Positions 25,060 through 40,207 of a stretch of DNA of 64,000 bases are shown one piece after another (the stretch's first letter is position 1; each line of letters opens with the position of its first letter). The notes beneath the pieces are model-generated. The model did not search any database, had not been told where the DNA came from, and saw nothing but the letters and a program-made list of their open reading frames with translations. Position numbers and translations under genes: made by a program. This stretch comes from Octopus vulgaris (Eukaryota), in the NCBI GenBank assembly GCA_951406725.2, contig OX597817.1, positions 161,076,001 to 161,140,000 of the forward strand, read 5' to 3'.

Positions 25060-25604
25060 GTTGAGAGGGAAAAAATGGAGAAAGAACGAAAAAAAAAAAA
25101 AAAGACGGAGAGAAAAAAATTGTGTAGGGATTAACGGTTGAATACACACACACAACTAGATTTCAGAGTTTCCGCCTACCAAATCCGCTCGCGAGGCTTT
25201 GGATGGCCCGGCGTTGGCTATAGAAGAAAATTGCTGAAGGTGCCGCGTAGTGGCACTGAATCCAAGACCACATGGTTGAGAAGCAAGCTTCTTAACAACT
25301 CAGACATGCTTGCGCATATAAATAAATAAAATTGCAAGATCACAGACGGAACATCTTTTGTTAGTGGCGTGTTTGATTATAACTTACGTGGGGGTAACAA
25401 GCGAAAGATTTGACGTTCCAATCTGGTAAGACGAGACCTGGAGCACCACGTCAGTGGCTTGGTAGACGGGTGCCGCCCAAGGCAGCACTTGAATTTTTCT
25501 TCTCTACTCCCTATACAGGCTTATGCAACAGACCCAAAAGTGCTGTTCCATATAAGCGCCGTCCCAGGTGGATCGCCCCACCCGTATCAGTTACGCTACT
25601 GGAC

Positions 25605-26110
25605 TATTTACGCATTCGTTCCCTCTGCCTGACTTTTCAAAGATAGCTTCCTCTCAGCCCATTTGTGAGTGAAACTGGTCAAACTGTACATAACCTGGTC
25701 GTTCCACTTTCTATCCATTTGGAGGTCTGGGTCAAAACAGATCGAAAACAGCTTAACCAGTCCGTCCACAGTGCGGTATCCCCGCGACGCTGGCCTGCGG
25801 TATGAACTTCAGTTTTCAGATACCGAGCTGTAGGCCCATCGACTTGTTAGAGTAGGTTTATTGCTTCTGTGATCACCTTGTATTCTTTTAGAACGATGTC
25901 GACAATTCCGACTTCCCTAGTGTCTAAACGCTATTAACGGTGACGTCGTCCGCATATGCCGACAAGGCTTTTGAGCGTCCCAGTTCCAACGGGATACCTC
26001 ACTGTCAGTAGACACAGAAAAGATGAAGAACATCTTTGGCGAATCGAACGTGAGATTTAAAATAGTTCCGATCGGTGGCCATTTAATCTGACCACCGAAC
26101 AGATGCTACT
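25605..26110 (-). mobile_element. Tx1/L1-clade LINE reverse transcriptase remnant
   Basis: Minus strand reads VVRLNGHRSELF*ISRSIRQRC, ALSAYADDVTV, NKSMGLQLG and KWAERKLSLKSQAE. Confidence 0.85.
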
Positions 26111-26149
26111 ATATATTTAATAATCGTGATTATTATTACTTACAATAAT

Positions 26150-26479
26150 AGAATCAGTGTTTGTAGAGAGATGCGGCAGGGAATACGATCAGGAAGCAGG
26201 GGAGAGTGAGAAAGAGAAAGATAAAGAAAGTGTTAGAAAAAATATCAGAGAAAGTAGAGGTAAGAGTTGAAATAAAGAGGGAGAACGAAATAAGGAGAGT
26301 GTGAAATTGAGATAATGTGTGTCGTCTGGTCGTCTTGACTGTAAGGAAAAGAAAAAAAAAGCAATGAAGAGCAACAAGAACAATGAAATGGAGTAATATG
26401 GCAGCGTAGGCCAAAATGTCTGGGGAGGAAGGAGAGAAAGAGACTGAGATATATAGATAGGTAGATAGATAGAGATAGG

Positions 26480-26519
<40 letters not shown>

Positions 26520-26736
26520 ACAGGTGGAAACGATGTGGTAAAGGAGGGAGATGGCGAGAGGGAAAGACTAAGATAAGCGAGTAGGAAGTGATAAGGGAGC
26601 AAAAGAGATAAAGAGGGAGATATAGAAAAAGAGAGGTAGAGAGAGTATGTACGGTGATGTGATAAGGAAGAAAAAGAAGATATATGTATGAATATATATA
26701 TATATATATATATGGGCTTAGTCAATAAGGGAGAGG

Positions 26737-26784
<48 letters not shown>

Positions 26785-27607
26785 GAGAGAAAGAAAGAGA
26801 AAGAAGGGAAAGACAAAATGCCATGATGTGACATGAGGGTGATAGGCAGAGATAGAAATGGAAGGGGTGTGTTCAAAGAGCGAGAAGGAGGAAAGATAAG
26901 ACAGGTGGATAAAGTTGGGGTTATGAGCGAGAGGGAGGGGAGAAAAGAGAGAAAGAGAAAGAAAGAAATATAGAGAGAAAGAAGAGAGAGAGAGTGAAAG
27001 GAAGAAAAAGGTGGTAAGAAGCGATGGTGTGGCGGGAAGCCATGTGAAAGAATTGTGACAGGTTGAAAAGGTGTGATAGGGAAAAGACGGAGAAAGGTTA
27101 AGTCAAGTGGACGAAGAAATGGAAAATACCTAGCTTCCATTGAGAAGAGAGATAAACAAAGTAATTATTATAGGAGAGGGGAATCACAAATGACAAGTAG
27201 GAGTGAAGTGATAAAGCGCGCCGAGTGTGAGTGTGTGTGTGTGTGAGAGAGCAAGTGTGCGAGTGTGTGTGTGTGTGAGACAGAGAGTAAGGGGGAGGGA
27301 GGGAGATATGAAGTAGATTGAAGTGAGAAAGAGAGAGAGAGAGAAAAAAAGAGGTATTAAAAGAAATGACGGAGGGAAAGAGGACACATATGGGTGAGGA
27401 AAAGTGAAAAACAGAGAAGGAGAAAGAGAAAAGAGAAGGAGAAAGAAATATAGAGTAAAGTGGGGATAAGAGAAAACGGAGAAAGAAAGCGAAAAGGAGA
27501 GAAAGAAGGAGAAAATGGAGAGAGAGAGAGAGAATAAGAGGTTGTAGCAACATCAGAGCCAGTAGCAGTGGAATAAAGGAATAGTAGTGGTGAAACGTTG
27601 AATTGTC

Positions 27608-27660
<53 letters not shown>

Positions 27661-27727
27661 GATGAAAAAGAGAGAGAGAGAGAGCAATAGTCAAGTGGCA
27701 TCGTAAAAGAAAAGGAAAGAGAGAATT

Positions 27728-27761
<34 letters not shown>

Positions 27762-27785
27762 TGTGTGTAAAAGAAAAGAAAAATG
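26150..27785. repeat. ~1.6-kb purine-rich low-complexity tract with (GA)n and (GATA)n
   Basis: The + strand is overwhelmingly G/A. Confidence 0.9.
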
Positions 27786-28142
27786 TTGATCCCGAACCAA
27801 TGAGGGAGCCTCTATGTAATCTTTTAACACGCTAGAAATAGCAGCCAAATTTCCTTTAAATCACATCCTACTTATCTATCAAAAGGAAAAAGCATTTTAG
27901 ATAATGTCGTCACAGATATTAACAAGACGGGATAGTCACGGCAGGAATGATCTGTGATTACAGGTTTTTCTGAACAATAACAACAACCAAGTACATCAAT
28001 CAGTAGTAGCTGTATTGGTACTAATTATCTAAATAGTATTAGTTGTAGTGATAGTGGTAGTCTACTAAAAGCAAGCAGCACTGCAGACGGTCTGTGGGTT
28101 GTGTGTGTTTGTGTGTGCGCGCGTATATGTGTGTCCGTGTCC

Positions 28143-28227
<85 letters not shown>

Positions 28228-28259
28228 ACGTGTGATTTGTATTAATTCTCTGTGTATGC

Positions 28260-28330
<71 letters not shown>

Positions 28331-28394
28331 CGTATATATATAAAGCGCGTGGTTTGTGTGTATGTGTGTGGGGGGCGTGTACATCTCTCTCTGC

Positions 28395-28443
<49 letters not shown>

Positions 28444-29179
28444 AACGTGTGTATACATAATATATTATGTTTAACGACAAAAGAAGAGACGAACTAAGGA
28501 CATGAAAGGCACGGTGCTGCCAACATTCCATAATAAAGAGAGAGAGAGAGAGAGAGAAAGTGAGAGAGAGGAAGAGAGAAAGAAAGAGAGAGAGAGAGAA
28601 ACAGCAGACAAAGAAAGAAAGAAAGAAAGAAAGAAAGAAGGAAAGAGATTAGCATTTCCAACTCCTACAACAACCACATCAACAACGAACTAAACAATAA
28701 AGACAACGACAGCCACCAGCTTTCTCTAACGTCACTAAAAAAAACAAAACCTATGGAACACAGTAATAATAAACTGTAATAATTATTAATAACGAAAAGA
28801 AAAAAATTATTATTAATGATATATAATAAATGATAATAAATAAATCAATAAACAAATGAAGTAAATAAGTAGGTCCATCAAGGAATAAAAATTAGATTTC
28901 GACATTTAAAATAGAAAAAAAAAAAAAAAAAAAAAGCCATGGAAGATTTCTAGAACAACAACAAAATAAAACAAATTCCACAGATACACGGCATAATAGC
29001 ATTTTAATACATAAACCTGCAATTGATTTTTGCTTGAAAGTTTTCCGTTTTTTTTTCTTCTTTTTTTTCCTTCTTTTTTTCTTCTTTACTTGAGTTTGTA
29101 ATTTTTTTTTTATTGCTGCTCTTGTTTCTGTTGTATTTTTTAATTTTATTTGTCTAAATTTGTTTCATGAATCAATCAA

Positions 29180-29222
<43 letters not shown>

Positions 29223-29248
29223 TTTATTTAAAGCAGCAGAAAATTCAA

Positions 29249-29298
29249 CAAAATCTGTTACTCTGAGTTTCTCGTTGCCGTTCATCAGACAGTTTTTG
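29249..29298 (-). ncRNA. Minimal hammerhead ribozyme in an ~85-bp fragment between (TA)n tracts
   Basis: CAAAAACTGT CTGATGA ACG GCAA CGA GAAA CTCAGAG TA ACAGATTTTG; AATAAA downstream; same family as 55484. The first stem II pair is mismatched. Confidence 0.78.
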
Positions 29299-29308
29299 CT
29301 AGAATATA

Positions 29309-29357
<49 letters not shown>

Positions 29358-29412
29358 GCATTCACACGCGTACGTACACACACACAAACACACACATACA
29401 CACAATGTATAA

Positions 29413-29447
<35 letters not shown>

Positions 29448-29593
29448 TGTGAGTTGAGAATTGTGGAGCAAAGTTACTCAGTGACCTACAGTTTCGTACC
29501 AAAAATACGAGCACGAAACTCAAGATCACCGAGTAACTCAAGTTAATAAAATATTGTCACACACATACACACGCATGTATGTACCGTTACATA

Positions 29594-29625
<32 letters not shown>

Positions 29626-29658
29626 TGTCTGTGTCTGTGTGTGTGTACATCTATAAGC

Positions 29659-29706
<48 letters not shown>

Positions 29707-30388
29707 TACATATATAAACTGTATATAAACATATTAATATGTATGTATGTATGTATATATATTTATTTATATATATATATATATAATTTAATTATTCCGA
29801 GCCATTTAAATAGATAAAATGATAAAATATCGAGAAAGAGCTACAAACCAAGAATAAGATTACAACTGCGACAGACGAAAAGAGAAACTACTACTACTAA
29901 TACTACTACTACTATGAATACTACTGCTGCTGCTACTACTACTACTACTACCACCACTGTCCCCACTGCTGCTGCTACTGCAATACAAGTAGTAGTTGTG
30001 GTACTACTGCTACCACATCGAGAAACAGTGTAAGAGCAATAGTAGCAGCAGAAGGGTCTTTATAGAGTGTGCTTGTGATAAAGGACAGCTCCAGTAGTAA
30101 CAATAAACACGAGACCAACCCTTATTACTACTTGTAGTACTACTATTAATAATAATAATAATTATAATAATAACAGCAACATTAAATAACGATTTGAACA
30201 TTTATAATAATAACTACAAGAAGAACGGCACTGTCAGCAGTAGTAACCCTTCAAGAAACTGTTCATAACAACACCGCCCTCTTTTCTTTTTCTTTGGCTT
30301 ACTAAAAAAAAAAAAAAAAAAAAACCAAAAAAGGGGACAAAAAGAAAGGAATAGAAAAAAAAAAAAGAAAAACACACACTCCGACATA

Positions 30389-30514
30389 ATGCCTGAAAAT
30401 ATAACTGTGTCCGAATTTTTACGGGAGACGTGGGACGATTACCATTCGCCGACAACCTCCACCTTTGTTTCAAGAATGCCTCTCTGCAAAAATACCATCT
30501 CTGGCCTGGAAGAG
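30389..30514 (+). CDS. ASAP: First coding exon of an ASAP-family Arf GTPase-activating protein (BAR-PH-ArfGAP-ANK-SH3; ASAP1/ASAP2-like)
   Basis: Translates MPENITVSEFLRETWDDYHSPTTSTFVSRMPLCKNTISGLEE, closely matching the recalled vertebrate ASAP1/2 N-terminus (MPDQISVSEF..ET.EDY..PT.SSF..R...C.NT....EE). Followed directly by a phase-0 donor GAG|GTAAGC. No exon 2 (xLDxDR...KKSVKA-like) recognised downstream in the window. Confidence 0.92.
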
Positions 30515-30789
30515 GTAAGCAACTATCATCATCGCTCTGACCATAATTACTTCAATGTATACACCTACCAACACCAACATGAAGACTAATATTAACAGCA
30601 TCACTATCACCGCATTATTACAAGTACACCCATTACCAACACCAATACCTATTTCTTTATTACCCACAAGGGGCTAAACATAGAGGGGGACAAACAAGGA
30701 CAGACATAGGTATTAAGTCGATTACATCGACCCCAGTGCGTAACTGGTACTTAATTTATCACCAATACCACCTACAACTACGAGCCAAT

Positions 30790-32700
30790 TATATAAATCC
30801 TCTATATGGTCGTTCGACCTGTTAGAAATAACAGCCAAATACCCTTCAAATTGCATATATCACACGTTACTACTGTCTTGTTGTATTAGGTTAGGACAGG
30901 ACATACATTAGATAACAATACACTCTTATGATCCTCCTAAAAGACAGGGTAATCATGGTTGAAGTACCTTTGATCATAGTTCTGCTCTTTCAGAGGTAAC
31001 CCGGGGTTAAACAACAAAATCAACAACAACAACTATTCCCACACAATTGCTGCCTCTTTCAATATCACCAACAATTTTTGTACATAGCTATAATTAATAT
31101 ATCCAGTATATTATTATTATTATGACTACTACAGCTACTATTACTTAAACACTACTATTGACATCATACTGTCTACCATGTCAACACTACCGCCGATACC
31201 TCTACTACAACCAACATACTACCACTACCAACCGCCATCATTAATAACCACCAGTATATTATTATTACTACTACTACTATTACTAGCTTAACCATCGACA
31301 CTCTTCTACTACTACTACTTCTTACCAGCACAACCACCAAAACTACACATCAACCACCACCACTGATATCTTTTCTGCGTCCAATACAACAAACTAGCAT
31401 CATACTACAGCCAACACAACTACGTACCTACTGCACCATGCTACAACCAACGCAACATTCTTCACAATACTACAAACGACACTATCACATCATACTACTA
31501 CTACAACTACTACTACTACTACAATCAATGCTATCCACTATCATTAACAGTACTAGCGCAATTACTACTGCACTGGCTGTTACTGTTGTCACCACTACAA
31601 CATTACCGCTTTCACAACAACACTATCATTACTACTACTACTACGTTGCATCACCACTGACAAAATTCAACACTTAAGCTATACAATACACCCGCCAACA
31701 TCATAACTGTAGTATAACCACTAACCAAAAACCACTACAATGCAGATATAACCACTTTGCAACCGCCACTAATACCACTATAGTATAACAATCACACTAC
31801 GGTAAACAATACTAGGTTTCTTACGCGCGAGGTTTCTCCGTGGTCGCTTGATTTGCTAGAATTAGCAGAGAAATTTCCCTCTGATCACACACTTATCGTC
31901 TGAAGAAGAAGGAAGGAAGGAAGGAAGGGCACGTTTGATAATGTAGACCTAGGTAAACGTATGCCTGAATAAGAGACGGCGATAGCTGTGGCTGGAATGC
32001 ATTTGATAATCACAGGTTTCCACGATCGGATCTAACTGGAGGTTAGGATAACGATATTAACATCAAATTCCCTTCAGATCGTGTGTTACCGTCTTAAAAC
32101 AGGAAGAACTTATTGGGTAGTGTAATCTTAGATGCACAGTGAAAAGAAAGATGATAACGTTTGGAACACTTTTGATTATAGATCTGCTCCTTATCGGCCC
32201 TGACGACCAAACAGCCATATCCAACACCACTATCACTCGGCTATTTCTTTCTATAACCGCCAACTTATAACTGCACAACTTATACCGTAAACACTAACAA
32301 TTACACTACCATGTATACCACCTTAATCACTAACAGTACCACACAAATACTGCTTCAGATACCATCATTATTACCTCATATAACGCTGCAAGCACCAACA
32401 CTGCCACACAACTGCTGTCACAAATACTAACATTATTATGCTACCATGTATACCACCACAACTACCACAGCCAACACTAGCATTTCTATACTACCATGAA
32501 TACAAACTATAACCACAAACATTGCTACACAAACAAACGAAGATGTCACTGCGGGGTCGCTTAAGTAGAAACCAACTCCCCACAAATCACATCCTATCGT
32601 TTGAAAATCGGAAGGACACGTTGGCTAATGTAATCCGAGATATATTTAAGAAAAGACGAGGTGGTTACTACTGATTCGGGGTTAGATAATAGCAATAACA
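30790..32700 (+). repeat. Cluster of old family-D repeats (TAGAAATAGCAGCCAAAT...AAACAACAAC) within (ACT/ACC)n low-complexity DNA
   Basis: Degenerate copies also at ~7200-7420, 19040-19230 (-), 27800-27990, 37110-37520 (-, tandem pair) and 38150-38460. Confidence 0.65.
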
Positions 32701-33804
32701 ACAACGACAACACTACCACAAACTATTCACACGACCACCTACTCACTAACATACAACTATGTCCAACAACACTACCTCACAACCACTTCACAACTAACAA
32801 CATACCATTACACAATCATTAGTCCTTCTACACAAACTGCATCCACGCACCACTAGCATACGACCCCCCACTCATTAAAACCATGTTACACAACCCTCAA
32901 CTTTACAATACAACTGACCTTATCTGACACACAACAGCAACCCACATTTCCCCTTGTCACTCTAATTAATATAATTATCCATAGGTGGGGTGTATAAGTT
33001 GTTGGTATTTAATTGTGGTTTAATGTCCTTATTATTACATAATAATTTTGTTATTAAAGAATTGTCATTGTACAACTATTTCCGACAGAGAAAAAAAAGT
33101 GTAACGAAAAACAGTTTCATGGTTTTGAATTTAAAAAATTTTTCTTTTTAAATAAGTGAGTGTTGATTTAATGTTTGTTTATACACACACCATGACTATA
33201 AATAATATACATATATTCGTAATATAATTAATTATATCTTGTTTTTACATATCTGGACGTTGGCCACACACGCACGTATTCGCTCATGCGTGTATGTTTT
33301 TGAGTTTGCAACCAAGTGGAATGAAGGACTCGATCTAGAAACAGCACAAATATTTCAGTACTCAATAATCTGGGCCCTACATTATCCATGTCTCATAACA
33401 TCACTGATCGCGTAATATGGTCTACGACACACACACATACACGTGCGTGCGTGTGTGTGTGCGTGTGTGTGTGTGTGCAATACAAACACATAAGTTTGTG
33501 GGTGGGTTTAAATTTTAATCCATAACCTTGAGTTAGACGCAACTATCTTGAATCTCAGATTCTGCTTTTTGTTCCACACTCCTAAGTGGCCTAGCAATGT
33601 TCTTTTGAACTTCCATGACATACATATATATATATATATATATGACATGACATAAATACCTTTACATTACCCATGTGTATGCATATATACTTGTGTGTGA
33701 CGTGTATATATAAACATCCTCACATTATGAATTTGTGTGTGTGTAATTATATGTACACACACAGATTTTAAAAATTTACAAACATAAATAGAATATATAC
33801 AGCT

Positions 33805-34271
33805 GTGATATATATGTGTGTGTGTATGTATATACGTGTGTGCGTGTGTATGTATGTATATATATATGTGTGTGTATGTATGTATATATATATGTGTGTA
33901 TGTATATATATATATGTGTGTGTGTATGTATATATATATGTGTGTGTATGTATATATATGTGTGTGTATGTATGTATATATATATGTGTGTGTATGTGTA
34001 TATATGTGTGTGTATGTATATATATGTGTGTGTATGTATATATGTGTATGTATATATATGTATATATATATGTGTGTGTGTATGTATATATATATGTGTG
34101 TGTATGTATGTATATATATATGTGTGTGTATGTATATATGTGTGTGTGTATGTATGTATGTATATATGTGTGTGTGTATGTATATACATATATATATATA
34201 TGTGTGTGCATGTATATATATATATATATGTGTGTGTGTATGTATGTATATATGTGTGTGTGTATGTATGT
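33805..34271. repeat. Compound (TA)/(TG)/(TATG) microsatellite
   Basis: Direct inspection; source of spurious ORFs. Confidence 0.95.
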
Positions 34272-34659
34272 AAAATAGAGAGAAGTATGCATTTATTGTG
34301 TTTATGTTTGTTTATAATTTTTCTTTTATCGATCTGTCGCGTGCGTGTGTGCATACGCGCGCGAGTTGCAGTGTCCTGATATGAGAACCATGTATCATTC
34401 ATTACAAATCTCTCATAAAATCTACAACGACTCAAGTAGAAATGTGCTTACATTACTCAAGATATTGCTTAAATTCCCGTGTCGTGAGTTCATAACATCG
34501 GTGTGCCAGACAGTATTGTATAGCTCTTGACGTATTTTAGACTTCACGCTTTTGACTCGACATCGTCGCTAATTAAACTTTATTAAAACTGTATTTAATA
34601 AGGTTTGCAGAACATTTATCGTTATTATCATTATTAAGCCTTGCGACATTGTTCCGAGA

Positions 34660-36480
34660 GTTAACTTACTGTGTTTTAATTCCTGCTGAAGTCGATTTTG
34701 CCTTTCAATCCTTTCAGGGTCGATAAATTATTAAGTACCAGTGGAGTACTGAGGTTGATATAATCGACTACACCCTCCCCCAAATTTCAGGCCTTGTACC
34801 TTTGATAGAAAGGATTATTATTATTATTATATATTTCTTTACTGCCCACAAGGGGCTAAACATAGAAGAGACAAACAAGGACACACAAAGGGATTAAGTC
34901 AATTACATCGACCTCAGTGCGAAACTGGTACTTTATTTATCGACCCCTGAAGGATGAAAGGCAAAGTCGACCTCGGCGGAATTTGAACTCAGAACGTAAC
35001 GACAGATGAAATACCGCTAAGCATTTCTGCCAGCTCGCCTTATTATTATTATTATTATTATTATCCTTGCGACATTGACCCGGTTGTTTATTTTCTCAGT
35101 TCAATTCCCGGCGAGGTCAACTTTAACTTTCATCCTTTTTGAGTCGATAAAATAAAGTACCAGTCAAGTACAGGAGGCAATGGTATCGACCGACCTTCTT
35201 TCTAAATTGCTGGCCTTCTGTCTAAATCAGAAACAATTATAATTACCAATTTTTAAAAATAAAATATAATAAAGATAATAAGTATTGCTATTAGGGGACC
35301 GCTGAGGTAGACGTTGCCCTTCATCCTTTCAGGGTCGATGAAATAAGTACCTTTTGAGTCCTGGGGTCAATGTAATCGCCTAGCCCCCCCCCCCCCTCCC
35401 CCAAAATTTCGGACCTTGTGCCTGTAGTAGAAAAGGATTATTATTGCTGAGGTGTGGAATAGCAGAAAACGTACAACACCGAACTAAATTTTACAATAAT
35501 ATCCTCACAATGTTCCGAATTCAAACTATATCCCCTCGTGAGTCGATAAAAATAACTGCAGTTAATGAATTCAAAGGATTCGTGGCTAAATTCCCTCTTC
35601 GCTACAAATTTGTGGTTCCCTCGGACCAAATTTTGATCCTTATCCCTTTGCGGTCTATAAGTACTGGATCCAAAACTAAAGCCTTACTCCTAAAATTTCT
35701 TGTCTCGTTTCTATGTAGGAATTCACTATTTTTATGAACTAGAGTATCTGTTAGTCGGCTTCGATTCCCAGTTGAAGTCAGTTGACTTGAATGAGCTCGT
35801 CTCCTCCTATATGTGTGTGTGTGTGTGTGTGCGTGTGTATGTGGTCCTCTGCCTCAGAGAAATCAATATTAATAGCGACGAGATTTTGAATCTCATTCAA
35901 GCCTTTTTCTTTCTGTCTTTTTTTTTTTGCTTTTTTCTTTCTTTTACTACTTCGTTGATGTTCTTGATAAAGGCATGAATACTGCAACCATCCATTTCCT
36001 CTGTAAAATTAATAAAAATAAAAAATGTCAGCTTTGATGCGCATTGTGCTTATAATGTTCTAATGATAATATAATAATAATTGTTTTTATATTAGGCACA
36101 GGGCTAGTAATTTTTGAGGGGAGGGGATCAATCGATACCATCGACTCCAGTGCTTGACTTAGTATTTAATTTTATCGACTTCAGAGGAGTGAAAGGTAAA
36201 GTTGACCTCGGGTGGGGTTGAACTTAAAATGTTAAGAACCGGAAGAAATACCACAAGGCATTTATACCGACGCTCTATAATAAATAACAGTGGCTTCTAA
36301 TTTTGGCACAAGACAAGCAATTTTGAGTGTGGTTAGTCTATACTATCGACCCCCCACGGGTAATTACTTTTATTGACCCCGCAGGGATGAAAGAAAAATT
36401 TGATCTCGGCGGGATTGAACTTAGAACGTAATGAGCCGGAACAAATACCGCAAAGTATTTATTCCGTCGCTCTGTAATAA
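34660..36480. mobile_element. Cluster of about seven family-C SINE copies or fragments in both orientations
   Basis: Repeated CTTTCATCC..GGGTCGAT..AAGTACC core and its reverse complement, separated by (ATT)n/(AAT)n. Confidence 0.75.
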
Positions 36481-38733
36481 CAATAATGGCTTAATATTTA
36501 TTTCTCCCTTCCCAAAATCATTCAACGCATGGGAGTGTTGGGGGAGTGGTGATGGAGTGTGGCGATAATCGTAATAATAGTAGCTTAATGGGTTGATGAA
36601 TTGTGGTGGTTATGTCGCGTTGGAAGGGATGTCGGTGATATGCTGTTGGGGGTCTGTCCTGTTTTAGAAAAGCCTAGGTCAGCTTTGGTGAAAATCCGTA
36701 GATTACATACAGCCGTTCCGTTCAAAAACTAACGAACGAGTCTTACATGTCTGGTAATATGTAAGGCTCGTTTAGTGTGTCAGTTTGGCGTCAAAATCCT
36801 ATTATTCGGAGTGATCAATGTTTTAGCCGTGGCCATTCTGTCTACATTGTGAGGCATGTAATTCTAAAATTCTCTTTTCACGAAAGACAGTAAGGGAGTT
36901 CTTTTTAAAGATTTCGTTGAAGATTCTTGTTACATCGAGCAGATTAAATAAAATGACTACGTAGAAGAAAAAAGCTCCCTCGATGACATTGCGTCAGCGT
37001 GATGATAGTAATGTTTTGACAAGGATATATATATTAATAGAATATTTTGATGTTGTAGTTGCTGGTGCTGTTGTTGTCGGTAGCAGTGTTGTTAGATGTA
37101 CTAATATGAAATGTTGTCGTTTAACCCTGAGCTGACCCTGATCGAATAGACCTTTCATTCCAGCCGCCACCAATCAATCACATCTTTTTAATGCTAAATG
37201 CTAACGGGGGCTGCTACATTGTCTAGTGTCCTTTCCTTATTCCAGACGGTGGTGTGAATGAGTGTGTGTGTGAATTGAGGAAGGTTCTTCTGCCATTTCT
37301 AGTAGATCGATAACCCTAACCTGACCCTTATCGAACAGATCTATCTCCAAATACATTCTAACCGTCTCCAATCAAATATCTTTTTAATGCTAAATTCTGA
37401 CTTGGACCACATCGTCTTACGTATCCACTTCCTTATTCTCGACACTGACGTGTGTGTGTGTGTGTGTGAATTGAGGAAGGTTTTGCTGTCATTTCTAGCA
37501 GATCGAGAAACCACTCTGAGGCCTTCTGTTGCTGGTATATGTATTAGTGTAGTGTTGGAGTAGTATCGGTATTGCTGTGTGATACTGTTAGTTAGTGGTA
37601 CTACTACATTAATACTGTAGTTGTATCGGTGTTACTGTGGTAGTATTAGTGGTACTGCATTTGCGTGGTAGTGGTGGTGCTGGTAGCAATTTTGGCGATG
37701 CTGTTCTAAAGAAAAAAAAATGTATGTATGTATGTATGTATGTATATGTGTGAATGTATCTAAATGTCTGTGTATGTATCTTTGTATGTCCGTGTGTGCT
37801 TATGTGTGTGTGTGAATATGTGCATATGTTTGTGTATGTATCCTTTGTATGTCCTCGTGTGTGTGTGTGTGTGCGTACTTGCGTACGTATGTGTGGGTGT
37901 ATGTGTGTGTGTGCACGTATGTGTAATTCACTGCCGGCGAATGTTGACAGTTCCAACTGTCAAAATTCTTTGGTAATTGTGTGTATGCGTGCGTGCGTGT
38001 GTGCGTGTGTATGTGTGTGTTGATCTACTGTGATAGTGGAATGCTCTGCTCTGTAACATTTCGAGATTTGAACTAAATTGGCACTGTGTGAAGGTGTATT
38101 GGAATCTTAACTAACTACATCATCTTTACTTCGAGACGGCGATGGAACTTCTTCGTGGTCTCAAGACCTGCTAGAAACAACAACCAAATTTCCCTCAAAT
38201 CACACCCATTCTTGAGAGAGAAACAGAGAGAGAGAGTGATTTAGAGAGACAGACAGGGGGAGAGAGGGAGAGAGATAGACAGACAGACAGACAGAGGGAG
38301 AACGAGAACAAATATAGATAATGTAGTTCTAAGTACACTACCTCAGCGGGGGTGGGGGGGGGGGAAGAGGTAAACATGATGATCACGACTGGAATGTCTT
38401 TTATAATAGACCTGCACGGTCAGGGATGGCATGGGACTATTAAGCAACCACAACAAGAACAACGACCTCCACCATCATCACCTCCATCTCCACCATCACC
38501 ACACTGCTGTCGTCATCATCATCATCATATTATCTCCAGCACTGCAATTAGCATTAACAAAACCACCACCACCAACGCCGCCGCTACTACTACTACTACT
38601 ACCAATACTACTACTACTACTACTACCATTGTAGCTATATCACATTCAGTCGCTTCTACTCATGAACATCACATCTTCACAACACTCTTTTCTCCTTGAA
38701 ACTCGACTTCGCCGCCACCACCACTACTACTAT

Positions 38734-38766
<33 letters not shown>

Positions 38767-38793
38767 CACCACCACCACCACTACTACTACTGT

Positions 38794-38826
<33 letters not shown>

Positions 38827-39105
38827 ACGAGTGTTTTCTGAAACTGCGATTGAGCAATTCGTGTTTCTTGTGTGTGACGTGACTCCAAGTTCTATATTAG
38901 TACTTTATTTTAAAATGAACAAACACTTCACCACCAAAACCGTCATATGTTCATATTTATTATTTCAATAAAAAAAGCCTTTGGGAAATGTATGAATGTC
39001 ACTTTTGATTTTCCTATGCAAATTTCGAGCTTTAAACTTATATACATACATACATAAATACATACATACATACATACATACATACATACATACATACATA
39101 CATAC

Positions 39106-39136
<31 letters not shown>

Positions 39137-39748
39137 AGAGAGAGGGAGAGAGAGAGAGTACTAGTATCTTCCGAGTGTAAATTGTATTGCTATTTAACCT
39201 TGTCTGATGGATCGATCACATGTGATACGTTATAATATCGATTTCAAATTTGGACACAAGGCCTGCAAAGTTCGGTGGGTGGTGGGTGGGGGAAGTCGAT
39301 TGCATCGACCTCCCCCCCCCCCCAGTACTCAACTGGTACTTATTTAATAAACCCCGAAAGGACGAAAGGCAAAGTAAACCTCGGTGGAATTTGAACTCGG
39401 TACATAAAGACGGACGAACTGCCGCTAAGCATTTTGTCCGGCGTGCTAACAATTCTACCGGCGCGCTGATTTAAGTCATTTGAGAGGTGGCGAGCTGGCA
39501 GAGTCGTTACAGTGCCGGAAAAAAAGTTTTAAGAGCCTTTCTTACGATTTAATTTTCTGAGCTCAAATGCCTCCGGGGTTGCCTTTCTTTTTCATCCTTT
39601 TGAGGTCGATCAAACAAAGTACCAGTTGAACTATGAGGTTGGTGTAAACGACTTAGTCCTTCCTACGAAATTGCAACCCTTGCGCCAAAATCTGAAACCA
39701 GTACTACAAACCATTTTTATTTTTATTCATATTTATATTCATGGTTTT

Positions 39749-39911
39749 GGCGCAGCAGTGGCTGTGTGGTAAGTAGCTTGCTTACCAACCACATGGTTCT
39801 GGGTTCATTCCCACTGCGTGGCACCTTGGGCAAGTGTCTTCTACTATAGCCTCGGACTGACCAAAGCCTTGTGAGTGGATTTGGTAGACGGAAACTGAAA
39901 GAAGCCCGTCG

Positions 39912-39943
<32 letters not shown>

Positions 39944-40207
39944 TGTATGTATGTATGTATGTATGTATGTATGTATGTGTGTGTGTGTGTGTGTTTATGT
40001 GTTTGTGTTTTTCCCCTTAACATCGCTTGACAACCGATGCTGGTGTGTTTACGTCCTCGTAACTTGGCGGTTCGGCAAAAGAGACCGACAGAATAAGTAC
40101 TAGGCTTACAAAGAATAAGTCCTGGGATCGATTTGCTCGACTGAAGGCGGCGCTCCAGCATGGCCGCAGTCAAATGACTGAAACAAGTGAAAGAGTAAAA
40201 GAGAGTA
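39749..40207 (+). mobile_element. SINE family A with (TATG)n internal repeat
   Basis: Full-length copy. Confidence 0.9.

Noticed and set aside
26154-27701. Leu/Ser/Phe-rich minus-strand ORFs resembling membrane proteins
   Set aside because: Artefact of the polypurine tract; the same applies to 43447-44258.
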